Shown: positions 19,669-28,489 of the stretch, one piece after another
Position numbering within the stretch: the first letter of the stretch is position 1
Layout of the letters: each line of letters begins with the position of its first letter
Origin: an uncultured Chloroflexia bacterium
GTDB taxonomy: Bacteria > Chloroflexota > Limnocylindria > Limnocylindrales > CSP1-4
Reading direction: 5' to 3'
Assembly: GCA_963810725.1 (NCBI GenBank)
Contig: CAWEOO010000008.1
Span: 588,189-652,188, forward strand
DNA: 64,000 nt
Notes under the pieces: generated by a model
The model's input: only the letters and a program-made list of their open reading frames with translations
Databases searched by the model: none
What the model was told of the DNA's origin: nothing
Position numbers and translations under genes: made by a program

Positions 19669-20013
19669 ATGGAGGAGATCGACCCGGTCGCCATCCGCGC
19701 GGCCCTCGCGAGCGAGCGCGTGCGCCTCATCGCGGAGCTCGGCGAGGCCATCCAGGCGCCTGGGCAGATGACGTACGGCTCGCAGGCCGCGGCGGCGACC
19801 CAGGTCTTCGAGCAGCAGCGCGACCTGGCCCTGCGCGACCGATCGAGCCAGCAACTCGAGCTCGTCGAGGCGGCACTCGCCCGACTGGAGGCGGGGACGT
19901 TCGGGACGTGCCTGCGCTGCGGCGAGCCGATCGCGCCCGCGCGGCTCGAGGCGCTCCCGTGGGCGGCCCACTGCATCGGCTGCCAGGCGATCGTCGACCG
20001 TGGTGGCCGGTGA
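19669..20013 (+). CDS. TraR/DksA family C4 zinc-finger protein
   Basis: ORF 19669..20013. A coiled-coil region is followed by CLRCGEPI...(15 aa)...CIGC. Confidence 0.8.
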   Translation: MEEIDPVAIRAALASERVRLIAELGEAIQAPGQMTYGSQAAAATQVFEQQRDLALRDRSSQQLELVEAALARLEAGTFGTCLRCGEPIAPARLEALPWAAHCIGCQAIVDRGGR

Positions 20014-21002
20014 CCGACGCGCCCGCCCTCGTGACGATCGGGGCCATCCGCGCCGCCGCCAAGGTGTTGCGTGGCGTGGCCATCCGCACGCCGCTCGTCC
20101 CGTACGGCCCGCCGGAGGACCGCGTCCTGCTGAAGGCGGAGAGCCTCCAACCGATCGGGGCGTTCAAGATCCGGGGCGCCTACGTCGCGATCGCCGGGTT
20201 GCCGGCGGCGGATCGGGCGCGGGGCGTGATCACATATTCCTCGGGCAACCACGCCCAGGGCGTCGCGCGCGCGGCCCGTCTGCTGGGGGCGCCCGCGGTC
20301 ATCGTCATGCCCAGCGATGCGCCCGCCATCAAGCGCGAGCGGGTCGCCGCCGATGGAGCCGAGATCGTCACGGTCGGGACCGCGTCGGAGGAACGCCGCG
20401 AGCGGGCCGAGGCGATCGCCGCGGAGCGGGGTCTCGCCATCGTTCCGCCGTACGACGACGACCGCATCATCGCCGGGCAGGGCACCGTCGGTCTCGAGAT
20501 CGCCGAGGACCTTCCCGATGTCGCCATTGTGGTCGTGCCGGTCGGCGGTGGTGGGCTCGCGAGCGGCGTGGCGGTGGCGATCAAGGCCCTCGTCCCGGGA
20601 GCGCGCGTGATCGGCGTCGAGCCGGAGCTCGCCGCGGATGCGCGCGAGTCGCTGGAGCGCGGCGAGATCGTCGCCTGGTCCGCGGCGGACGTGTCGCGCA
20701 CGATCGCCGATGGCACCCGGACCCAGGCGCTCGGGGGACGCACGTTTGCCCACCTGCGCGCCCACCTCGACGGCATCATCACCGTGACCGAGGCGGAGAT
20801 CGCGGCCGCGGTCCGGCTCGCCGCCGAGCGGTCACGCCTCGTCGCGGAACCAAGCGGGGCGCTGGCCCTGGCGGCCATCGCGTTCCGGCGCGGGGACCTT
20901 GGCCTGGACGGCCTCGAGGGAACGGTGGTCGGCGTCGTGAGCGGCGGAAATGTCGATCCGGCGCAGTACCGCGCCTACCTCGAAGCGCCGCTCCCCGGCT
21001 GA
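20010..21002 (+). CDS. PLP-dependent threonine/serine dehydratase (serine racemase-like)
   Basis: Frame of ORF 19542..21002. GTG 20010 overlaps the dksA-like stop (GTGA). Motifs: PLP lysine SLQPIGAFKIRGA, SSGNHAQG, and the VGGGGL loop. Confidence 0.85.
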   Translation: MTDAPALVTIGAIRAAAKVLRGVAIRTPLVPYGPPEDRVLLKAESLQPIGAFKIRGAYVAIAGLPAADRARGVITYSSGNHAQGVARAARLLGAPAVIVMPSDAPAIKRERVAADGAEIVTVGTASEERRERAEAIAAERGLAIVPPYDDDRIIAGQGTVGLEIAEDLPDVAIVVVPVGGGGLASGVAVAIKALVPGARVIGVEPELAADARESLERGEIVAWSAADVSRTIADGTRTQALGGRTFAHLRAHLDGIITVTEAEIAAAVRLAAERSRLVAEPSGALALAAIAFRRGDLGLDGLEGTVVGVVSGGNVDPAQYRAYLEAPLPG

Positions 21003-22054
21003 CCGTCTTCGCGCTCGCGCGCGAGCCGATCCGCCAGCAACCCCTCGCGCACCCGGATGTCGGCCATCTCGGCGGCCGCCCGGCGGTCCGTCCGCCCCGT
21101 GTCGCGGGCCTCCGCTCGCATCCAGGCGAGCACGATCGCCATCACTCCGACGAGGAAGATGGCGTCACCCGCCAGCCACATGATCCCAGCCGCGGCCTGC
21201 TGGTCGGCGAGCGCCGTCAGGCCCCACGACCGCTCGAGCGTCCCGTAATGCGCGTACAGCACCGTCGGGGCATTGAGCAACACGACGGCGAGGAACGTGT
21301 TCTGCGGCATCTGGAGCAGGACATACAGGGCGCGCGCCGGGTGCGGCATCCGCCACGGCGCGGGATCCAGCCCGACCGCCGGCCACCAGAACAGCAGGCC
21401 CGCGCCCAGGAACAGCGCATGCTCCAGGTCGTGGATCAGGGGGTCCTCCAGCGCCGCGTCGAACAGCGGCGAGAAGTGGCTGACCCACATGACCCCCGCA
21501 AAGATCACCCAGGCGACGACCGGGAACGCGAGGACCCTCGTCACGCGCGAATGCAGGGCCGGCAGGATCCAGCGCTGCCGCGTTGCCGGCGAGGCGACAC
21601 GCAGAAGCAGCGTGATCGGGGCGGACCGGGCGATCAGTGGCGCGGCGACCAGCGCGAGGAGCAGGTGCTGGACCATGTGCACGGAGAACAGCGTCGTGTC
21701 GTATTGATCGATGCCGGAAAGGAGCGCAACGGCCACGGCTGTCAGGCCGGCGGCGAACGCCACGGACCGTCGAACCGGCACGGGATTGGTCGGGTGCGCG
21801 GCGTTGACCCGCCGGACCGCCCACCACCACCAGGCGCCGGCGACCGCGATGCCCAGCGTGGGCAGGGGCTCGAACGTCCAGCCGAGAAGGAGCGACGCGG
21901 TCGATGGCGGCTCGGACGGCACGGGCCCATGGGCCGCCACGGCCGTCGCCCCCGCGAGCCAGCCGATGGCTCCGACCCCGAAGATCGAGCCCGTGAGCCC
22001 GACCCTCTCGCCCAGACCGCGGCGGAGCTTGGGGCGGGTCCTCATCGTCCGCAT
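20975..22054 (-). CDS. ctaG: cytochrome c oxidase assembly factor CtaG (caa3_CtaG family membrane protein)
   Basis: C-terminal 359 codons of ORF 20975..22960 from ATG 22054 (MRTMRTRPK). It is multi-TM with HMVQHLLL and the DLEHALFLGAGLLFWWP motifs. It is divergent from ctaC. Confidence 0.75.
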   Translation of the reverse strand: MRTMRTRPKLRRGLGERVGLTGSIFGVGAIGWLAGATAVAAHGPVPSEPPSTASLLLGWTFEPLPTLGIAVAGAWWWWAVRRVNAAHPTNPVPVRRSVAFAAGLTAVAVALLSGIDQYDTTLFSVHMVQHLLLALVAAPLIARSAPITLLLRVASPATRQRWILPALHSRVTRVLAFPVVAWVIFAGVMWVSHFSPLFDAALEDPLIHDLEHALFLGAGLLFWWPAVGLDPAPWRMPHPARALYVLLQMPQNTFLAVVLLNAPTVLYAHYGTLERSWGLTALADQQAAAGIMWLAGDAIFLVGVMAIVLAWMRAEARDTGRTDRRAAAEMADIRVREGLLADRLAREREDGQPGSGASR

Positions 22055-22204
22055 CGTCGCACGAACGCCGCCGGGAGCCGCGCGAGACGGCCACGCTCCG
22101 GGTATCATGGCGCCGGTCCGACCCTCGGGCGGTTCGGCCGCGATCTCCCTTGACGGTGAGGCACTCGGGTTTCGGTGCTCGCCGACGCTCCGCTGAGGAT
22201 CTGC

Positions 22205-23371
22205 ATGGCGAGTCCCCCCCGATCCGGCCGCTTCGCGCTCCAGGCTCTCGTCGTCGGCGCCATCGCGCTGCTGCTGGTGGCCATCGCGATCATCGCCGGC
22301 GTCGACCTGGTCGCGACCGGGCAGGGCATCGTGACCGGTCTCTACCCGCCGAAGGCCGTGACTGTTCAGGGCGAGCAGATCCGCGACCTCTACACGATCG
22401 TGTTCCTGATCGCGGTCGCGATCTTCTTCCTCGTCGAGGGGCTGATCCTCTGGACGGTGCTCCGCTACCGGCGCCGGCCCGAGGACGTGACCCTGCCCCC
22501 GCAGACCCACGGCAACGCCATCGCCGAGGTCGTCTGGACCGTCGTCCCGACCTTGATCGTCGCGTTCCTGTTCGTCATCTCGTGGCAGACCCTCAACACC
22601 GTCGAGGTCGTGTCCGCCGATCCACAGACCCGGATCAAGGCCGTCGCCGGCCAGTTCCAGTGGACGTTCGAGTATCTCGACGAGAGCGGGCAGAACACGG
22701 TCTACACCCAGCTGCTCCCCACCGGGGACGATGGCGGTCTCGTGCTGCCCGCTGGCCGCACGGTCCAGCTGAGCCTCGAGAGCCCGGACGTCATCCACGC
22801 CTTCTACGTCCCGCAGTTCCTGTTCAAGCGAGACGTCGTGCCGGGCCGGACCAACGTGTTCGAGATCACGGTCAACGAGGCCGATGCCGGCCAGACGTTC
22901 CGCGGTCAGTGCGCCGAGCTGTGTGGCGCCGGCCATCGCTTGATGCTGTTCGATGTCCACGCCTACACGCCCGCCGACTATGACGCGTGGCTCGAGGCGA
23001 GCATCGCCAAGGCCAATGCGAGCCCGTCCCCGGCGCCGTCAGGTGGACCTTCCGGGGCGCCGTCGGGTGGGCCGCCCCCGCCCGCCGGCCCCGCGCTGGC
23101 GGTGACGGCGTTGAACCTGGCCTTCCAGCCGACTGAGCTGCAGGCCGCGGCGGACACACCATTCAAGATCGACTTCGACAACCAGGACCCGAGCATCCCG
23201 CACAACGTCGCGATCCATGAAGGCGGCCCGACCGGACCTGAGGTCTGGAAGGGCGAGATCTTCCCGGGTCCGGCCAAGAAGACCTACGACGTGCCGCCGC
23301 TCAAGGCCGGTGCCTACGCCTTCATCTGCACGGTCCACCCCAGCATGACCGGCACCCTCACGGTCAACTAG
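22205..23371 (+). CDS. ctaC: cytochrome c oxidase subunit II fused to a C-terminal amicyanin-like type-1 copper domain
   Basis: ORF 22175..23371 (ATG 22205). It has two TM helices and the CuA site VIHAFYVPQF...CAELCGAGHRLM. A Pro/Gly/Ser linker leads to a second cupredoxin with PHNVAIH and the loop FICTVHPSMTG. There is no CxxCH heme-c motif. Confidence 0.9.
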   Translation: MASPPRSGRFALQALVVGAIALLLVAIAIIAGVDLVATGQGIVTGLYPPKAVTVQGEQIRDLYTIVFLIAVAIFFLVEGLILWTVLRYRRRPEDVTLPPQTHGNAIAEVVWTVVPTLIVAFLFVISWQTLNTVEVVSADPQTRIKAVAGQFQWTFEYLDESGQNTVYTQLLPTGDDGGLVLPAGRTVQLSLESPDVIHAFYVPQFLFKRDVVPGRTNVFEITVNEADAGQTFRGQCAELCGAGHRLMLFDVHAYTPADYDAWLEASIAKANASPSPAPSGGPSGAPSGGPPPPAGPALAVTALNLAFQPTELQAAADTPFKIDFDNQDPSIPHNVAIHEGGPTGPEVWKGEIFPGPAKKTYDVPPLKAGAYAFICTVHPSMTGTLTVN

Positions 23372-23380
23372 GAGCATCCC

Positions 23381-25030
23381 GTGGCGACCACCGTCCTGCA
23401 CCCCGCCGCTCCGACCTACCGCAGCAGCCTGTACGACTGGGTGACGACCACCGATCACAAGAAGATCGGGATCCTGTACGTCGTGAATTCGTTCCTGTTC
23501 TTCTTCATCGGCGGGATCCTGGCCCTGCTCGTACGCACGGAGCTCGCGGTCCCGGGCCTGCAGTTCCTGACGGACCAGACCTACAACGAAGTCTTCACGA
23601 TGCACGCGACGCTGATGATCTTCCTGTTCATCATCCCGATGCTGGCCGGCTTCGGGAACTACGTCGTCCCGCTCCAGATCGGGGCGCCCGACATGGCCTT
23701 CCCGCGCATCAACGCGCTGTCGTTCTGGATGCTGCCGCTCGGCGGGTTCCTGATCCTGCTGGGGTTCGTCACAGGCGGCGCCGCGGCGGCCGGCTGGACG
23801 TCCTACAGCCCGCTGGCCCAGGACCGCCCATTGGCCTCGGTCGGGTCCGGGCAGGACCTGTGGATCGTCGGGCTCGCCCTCGTGGGCACGAGCTCGATCC
23901 TGGGCGCGGTCAACTTCCTCGTCACGATCTTCAAGATGCGCGCCCCGGGAATGACGCTGTTCCGGATGTCGCTGCTGACGTGGACCGTCCTCGTGACCGC
24001 CGTGCTCGTGCTGCTGGCCACGCCGGTGTTCACGAGCGCCGTGATCATGCTGTTCATCGATCGCAACCTCGGCGGGAGCTTCTTCGATCCGGCCAACGGC
24101 GGCGACGCGATCCTCTACCAGAACATCTTCTGGTTCTACTCGCATCCGGCCGTCTACGTGATGATCCTCATCGCGATGGGCACGGTCAGCGAGATCCTGC
24201 CCGTCTTCAGCCGCAAACCCCTGTTCGGGTACAAGGCGTTCGTCTTCGCGACGGTGGGCATCGGTGCGCTCGGCTTCTCCGTGTGGGCGCACCACATGTT
24301 CACGACCGGCGCGGTGTACCTGCCGTTCTTCAGCCTCATGACGTTCCTGATCGCCGTCCCGACCGGCGTGAAGTTCTTCAACTGGATCTTTACGATGTGG
24401 CGCGGCCAGCTCCGCCTGGCCACACCCCTCCTCTTTGCGCTCGGCTTCCTCACGATGTTCCTGATCGGCGGCATCAACGGGGCCTTCAGCGCGTCGGTGC
24501 CCGTCGACTTCGCGCTCCACGACACGTACTTCGTCGTCGCGCACATCCATTACGTGCTCTTTGGAGGGTCCGTGTTCGGGGTGATGGCCGGCCTCTACTA
24601 CTGGTTCCCCAAGATGACCGGCCGGATGCTCAACGAGACCCTGGGCAAGGTCCAGTTCGTGCTGATGTTCATCGGGTTCAACCTGACGTTCTTCCCGATG
24701 CACGAGCTGGGGCTGTCGGGCATGCCGCGGCGCATCGCCGACTACTCGTCGACGGCCGGCTGGAACGACCTCAACCTGGCCGCCACCATCGGTGGCTTCC
24801 TCATCGCCGCCAGCATGGTGCCGCTGCTGTGGAACGTCTTCGTCTCGCTGCGCAGTGGCCAGATCGCCGGCGACGACCCGTGGGAGGGCAACACGCTCGA
24901 GTGGGCGACCACGTCGCCACCGCCGCCGTACAACTTCGACCGGCTGCCGGAGATCCGCTCGGAGCGACCGGTGTTCGACGTCCGCCACGGTCCCAAGCCG
25001 GGCTCGGCTGTTGCCCAGACGGAGCACTGA
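23381..25030 (+). CDS. ctaD: cytochrome c oxidase subunit I
   Basis: ORF 23381..25030. It is a 12-TM protein with WFYSHPAVYVMIL, HHMFTTG and HDTYFVVAHIHYVL. Confidence 0.95.
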   Translation: MATTVLHPAAPTYRSSLYDWVTTTDHKKIGILYVVNSFLFFFIGGILALLVRTELAVPGLQFLTDQTYNEVFTMHATLMIFLFIIPMLAGFGNYVVPLQIGAPDMAFPRINALSFWMLPLGGFLILLGFVTGGAAAAGWTSYSPLAQDRPLASVGSGQDLWIVGLALVGTSSILGAVNFLVTIFKMRAPGMTLFRMSLLTWTVLVTAVLVLLATPVFTSAVIMLFIDRNLGGSFFDPANGGDAILYQNIFWFYSHPAVYVMILIAMGTVSEILPVFSRKPLFGYKAFVFATVGIGALGFSVWAHHMFTTGAVYLPFFSLMTFLIAVPTGVKFFNWIFTMWRGQLRLATPLLFALGFLTMFLIGGINGAFSASVPVDFALHDTYFVVAHIHYVLFGGSVFGVMAGLYYWFPKMTGRMLNETLGKVQFVLMFIGFNLTFFPMHELGLSGMPRRIADYSSTAGWNDLNLAATIGGFLIAASMVPLLWNVFVSLRSGQIAGDDPWEGNTLEWATTSPPPPYNFDRLPEIRSERPVFDVRHGPKPGSAVAQTEH

Positions 25031-25034
25031 GCCG

Positions 25035-25700
25035 ATGACCACCGAAAGCCACGCCCTCACGACCACCGACCACAGCCCGGTCGCGGGGCTCAGCCACGAC
25101 ACGTCGGGCGGCATCAGCAACGTCGTCCTGGGGATGCTCCTGTTCCTCACCTCGGAGGTGATGTTCTTCGCCGGGCTGTTCGCGGCCTACTTCGCGGTTC
25201 GGGCCAAGACGGAGCTATGGCCGCCGATCAATCCCGAGACCACCCCGCCGGTGCAGTTCCATCTCGAGATCCTGCCGCTGGTCGGGCCCGCGACCGTGAT
25301 CCTCATCCTGTCGTCGTTCACCTGCCAGTTCGCGGTCTGGGCCATCCGGCGCGGCGATCACGTCGCGTTCGTTCGCAACATCGCGGTGACCTTCCTGATC
25401 GGCGTCACCTTCCTCGTGATGCAGGCGATCGATTACGCGGAGCTCGGCGCGGAGGGGCTGACGATGGCGTCGGGCCCGTACGGCACGACGTACTTCACCC
25501 TGACCGGCTTCCACGGCGCGCACGTGTTCGGGGGCGTGGTGATGCTCGGGGTCGTCCTCTACCGTGGCATGGCCGGGCAGTTCTCGGCCCGCCACCACGA
25601 TGCGGTCGAGGCGACGTCGCTGTACTGGCACTTCGTCGACGTGGTCTGGATCCTGCTCTTCTCGCTGCTGTACCTGCTGCCCGGCAAGGGCCACATCTGA
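25035..25700 (+). CDS. ctaE: cytochrome c oxidase subunit III
   Basis: Frame of ORF 24792..25700 from ATG 25035. Motifs: LFLTSEVMFFAGLFAAYF, TGFHGAHV, YWHFVDVVWI. Confidence 0.9.
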   Translation: MTTESHALTTTDHSPVAGLSHDTSGGISNVVLGMLLFLTSEVMFFAGLFAAYFAVRAKTELWPPINPETTPPVQFHLEILPLVGPATVILILSSFTCQFAVWAIRRGDHVAFVRNIAVTFLIGVTFLVMQAIDYAELGAEGLTMASGPYGTTYFTLTGFHGAHVFGGVVMLGVVLYRGMAGQFSARHHDAVEATSLYWHFVDVVWILLFSLLYLLPGKGHI

Positions 25701-25894
25701 TGCACCCACTGCGCCATCCCCGCAACGCCATCTTCGTCGGCCTGCTGTTCGTGACCATCGGGGCCGTCTATTGGGGGGTCCAGTACGTCGCCGGCTGGGA
25801 GGTCGACTACGCCGGGGTGACCTTGCTCGTGCTCCTGGGGGTCGCGATGGCCGTCATGGCCTACGTGCTCATCGCCGGATCCCCGAACGACTGA
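25700..25894 (+). CDS. small two-TM protein, probable oxidase subunit IV
   Basis: ATG 25700 overlaps the ctaE stop (TGATG). The 64-aa product is MHPLRHPRNAIFVGLLFVTIGAVYWG...LLVLLGVAMAVMAYVLIAGS. The call rests on position and size. Confidence 0.5.
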   Translation: MHPLRHPRNAIFVGLLFVTIGAVYWGVQYVAGWEVDYAGVTLLVLLGVAMAVMAYVLIAGSPND

Positions 25895-25901
25895 CGGCCC
25901 G

Positions 25902-27008
25902 GTGCTCGAAGAGACCTGGACCGGGATCCTGGAGCTGCTGACGCAGTTCGTCATCCCCGATTGGGGCGCGCTGGTCGCCCTGCTCCCGGTCTTCATCTTC
26001 GTCCTCACCCTGGTCTGGCTGGTGATGACGTTCGTGCGCCTGTTCCGCGCGCCCAAGGCACGGCGCGGGAAGCGGCGCGTGGCCCCGCGGACGCCACCCG
26101 GCCTGCACATGCCCGGTCCGTCGTGGGCCCCGATCCTCGCCTCCATCGGCGTGTTCCTGCTCTTCCTCGGGGTGGTCTTCCCCGGCCCCATCCTGCTGCT
26201 CGGAGCCATCGCTCTCGGGCTGACCTTGCTGTATTGGCTCACGGAATCGACGCGGATCTACGATCAGGACCTCGGCGTTCGGACGGCGACTGAGCTGCCG
26301 GTCGTGGAGCGTGGGGGTCCGCCACCGGGCGTCCACATGCCGGGTCCGTCGTTCCGGCCGTTCCTCGGCGCCGTGGGCATGGGCATGCTGATGCTCGGCC
26401 TGGTCTTCGGCGGCTGGTTGCTGGCGGTGGGGGTGATCGCGCTCGTCGCGACGCTGGTCGGCTGGTTGATCGATGCCCGCAAGGAGTACGTCAAGGCCGA
26501 GGAGGCCGACACGACCGGCCACCTCGAGAGCATGCCCGCGCCGCGGACGCCGGGGTTGCTGCTCGTCGTGCTGGGCGTCCTCCTGATCGCCGGCGTGGCA
26601 CTCCAGGCCGGCTGGCTGCCGCCGCGCGACGTCAGCGGTGGCGAAGGCGCTGGGGCGTCCGGTGCCCCCCCGAGCGCGTCGGGTGGACCGGGCGAGCCCG
26701 GTGGCTCCGGCGAACCGCCAGCAGGGCCGACCGCGGACGTCGTGGTCCACGCCAAGGACATCAAGTTCGCCGAGGCCAGCCTGACCGGCCCCGCCGATCG
26801 ACCGTTCACGCTCGCGCTGGTCAACGAGGACGCCGGCACGCCCCACAACGTCGAGCTCAAGGACGGCGCCGGGGCCAGCGTGTACCAGGGCGAGGTCTTC
26901 AACGGAGTCGAGACGCGCGTCTACGCGGTGCCAGCGCTCGCCGCCGGGACCTACACCTTCCTGTGCACGGTCCACCCGAGCATGACGGGCAGCGCCACCC
27001 TCCAGTAG
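25902..27008 (+). CDS. polytopic membrane protein with two internal HMPGPS repeats and a C-terminal amicyanin-like cupredoxin
   Basis: ORF 25902..27008. It contains repeats PPGLHMPGPSWAPILASIGVFLLFLG and PPGVHMPGPSFRPFLGAVGMGMLMLG. After a Gly/Pro/Ser linker comes a cupredoxin with PHNVELK and FLCTVHPSMTG, a paralog of the CtaC tail. Confidence 0.7.
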   Translation: MLEETWTGILELLTQFVIPDWGALVALLPVFIFVLTLVWLVMTFVRLFRAPKARRGKRRVAPRTPPGLHMPGPSWAPILASIGVFLLFLGVVFPGPILLLGAIALGLTLLYWLTESTRIYDQDLGVRTATELPVVERGGPPPGVHMPGPSFRPFLGAVGMGMLMLGLVFGGWLLAVGVIALVATLVGWLIDARKEYVKAEEADTTGHLESMPAPRTPGLLLVVLGVLLIAGVALQAGWLPPRDVSGGEGAGASGAPPSASGGPGEPGGSGEPPAGPTADVVVHAKDIKFAEASLTGPADRPFTLALVNEDAGTPHNVELKDGAGASVYQGEVFNGVETRVYAVPALAAGTYTFLCTVHPSMTGSATLQ

Positions 27009-27110
27009 GGCGCGCACGGCACCGAGGTCATCGTCACGCCGCGCCGCCCGATCCTCATCGCGCTGGCCATCGCGGTCGTCACGACCGCTGCCCTGTGGTG
27101 GTTCATCCGC

Positions 27111-27548
27111 GTGGGTGACGCACCCGGCGTCTCGGTCGGCCAGCCCGCCCCGCGCATCGTCGGCACGACGCTGGACGGCGATGCCTTCGACCTGGCGAAG
27201 TTTGCCGGCCGGCCGGTCGTCCTCAACTTCTGGGGTCCGAACTGCATCCCGTGTCGTGACGAGTTCCCGCTGCTGGCCGCCAAGCTCGCCGAGCACGCCG
27301 ACGACGCCATCGCGATCGTCGGTGTCCTGACCGACGACCCCGCGCCCCTGGCGCGCGACTTCGTGGCCGAGTTCGGGGCGACGTGGCCGACCGTGGACGA
27401 TCCGGGCAAGGCCCTCAAGACGGCCTACCGGGTCCTGGGACGGCCCCAGACGTTCTTCATCGATGGGTCGGGGGTCGTGCGCTCCGTGCAGATCGGCGAG
27501 GTGCGCGCGACCGACTTCGAGACGCACTACGCCCGAATCGCGCCATGA
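27111..27548 (+). CDS. TlpA/ResA-family thiol-disulfide oxidoreductase (true start probably upstream)
   Basis: ORF 27111..27548 has the thioredoxin fold and WGPNCIPCRDEFP. The same frame is open from 27009 and encodes a TM anchor (ILIALAIAVVTTAALWWFI), but that stretch has no ATG/GTG/TTG. Confidence 0.8.
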   Translation: MGDAPGVSVGQPAPRIVGTTLDGDAFDLAKFAGRPVVLNFWGPNCIPCRDEFPLLAAKLAEHADDAIAIVGVLTDDPAPLARDFVAEFGATWPTVDDPGKALKTAYRVLGRPQTFFIDGSGVVRSVQIGEVRATDFETHYARIAP

Positions 27549-28489
27549 CCGCCCCGGCGGTCGTCGTCGAGGACCTGCGCAAGCGGTACGACGATCGGGC
27601 GGTGGTCGACGGTGTCTCGTTCAGCGTGGCGCCCGGCGAGCTCGTCGCGCTCCTCGGGCCCAACGGCGCGGGCAAGACGACGACGGTCGAGATCGTCGAG
27701 GGCTACCGGCGCGCCGACGACGGGACGGTGCGGGTCCTCGGGGAGGACCCGGCGCGCGGCGGTCGCTCGCTGCGAGCCCGCGTGGGTCTGATGCTGCAGT
27801 CCGGCGGCATCGACCTCCGGGCGAGACCGCGCGAGACCATGGTCCAATACGCCCAATTCCATGAGGAGCCGCGCGACCCGGACGAGCTGCTGGACGTGCT
27901 GGGTCTGCGGCCCGTGGCGTCGACCCCGTTCCGCCGCCTGTCGGGCGGGGAGCGGCAGCGGCTCGGCCTCGCGCTCGCGCTGGTCGGGCGGCCGGAGGTG
28001 CTGATCCTCGACGAGCCCACGGCCGGCATGGATCCGGAAGGGCGCGCGACGATGCGGGCCCTGATCGCGGAGCAGCGAGCTGCCGGTGTCGCGATCCTGC
28101 TGACCAGCCACGACCTCGTGGATGTCGAGCGGCTGGCCGACCGCATCGTCGTGCTGATCGGCGGCCGCATCGCGGCGGCGGGTGCGCCCTCCCAGCTCGC
28201 GACGGACCTCCGCCCCCGGCTGCGGTTCCGGTTGGATCGGTCGCTCGAGGTCGACGAGCTCGAGAGGCTGCGTGCCGCGGTCCGGTCGGTCACGCCGGGT
28301 GCCACCATCCGGCCGGCGGGGGGCGAGACCTGGCTGGAGGCCGCGGACGTCGATCCCTCGCCGGACCTGGTCGCGGCCGTCGCCGACGCCTGTCGCACCG
28401 CCGGCTGGCTCATCGTGGAGTCGCGCGCGACGGGTGGCTCGCTGGAAGAGGTCTACCTCGATCTGGTCGCCGACTCGGAGCGGGTGTGA
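27545..28489 (+). CDS. ABC transporter ATP-binding protein (ABC-2 exporter type)
   Basis: Frame of ORF 27383..28489. ATG 27545 overlaps the TlpA stop (ATGA). Motifs: GPNGAGKTT, LSGGERQR, LILDEP. Confidence 0.85.
   Translation: MTAPAVVVEDLRKRYDDRAVVDGVSFSVAPGELVALLGPNGAGKTTTVEIVEGYRRADDGTVRVLGEDPARGGRSLRARVGLMLQSGGIDLRARPRETMVQYAQFHEEPRDPDELLDVLGLRPVASTPFRRLSGGERQRLGLALALVGRPEVLILDEPTAGMDPEGRATMRALIAEQRAAGVAILLTSHDLVDVERLADRIVVLIGGRIAAAGAPSQLATDLRPRLRFRLDRSLEVDELERLRAAVRSVTPGATIRPAGGETWLEAADVDPSPDLVAAVADACRTAGWLIVESRATGGSLEEVYLDLVADSERV

Noticed and set aside
20000-22153. A 717-aa plus-strand ORF, and many similar long ORFs: 1356..3134, 5934..7331, 9409..11262, 23039..25150, 25869..27527, 28728..30614, 40195..42552, 47203..49347, 54545..56416 and 54663..56459.
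   Set aside because: Their translations are Arg/Pro/Gly/Ala-rich low-complexity strings with no motifs. Each overlaps, on the opposite strand or in another frame, a gene with clear family signatures. These are typical shadow ORFs of very GC-rich DNA.
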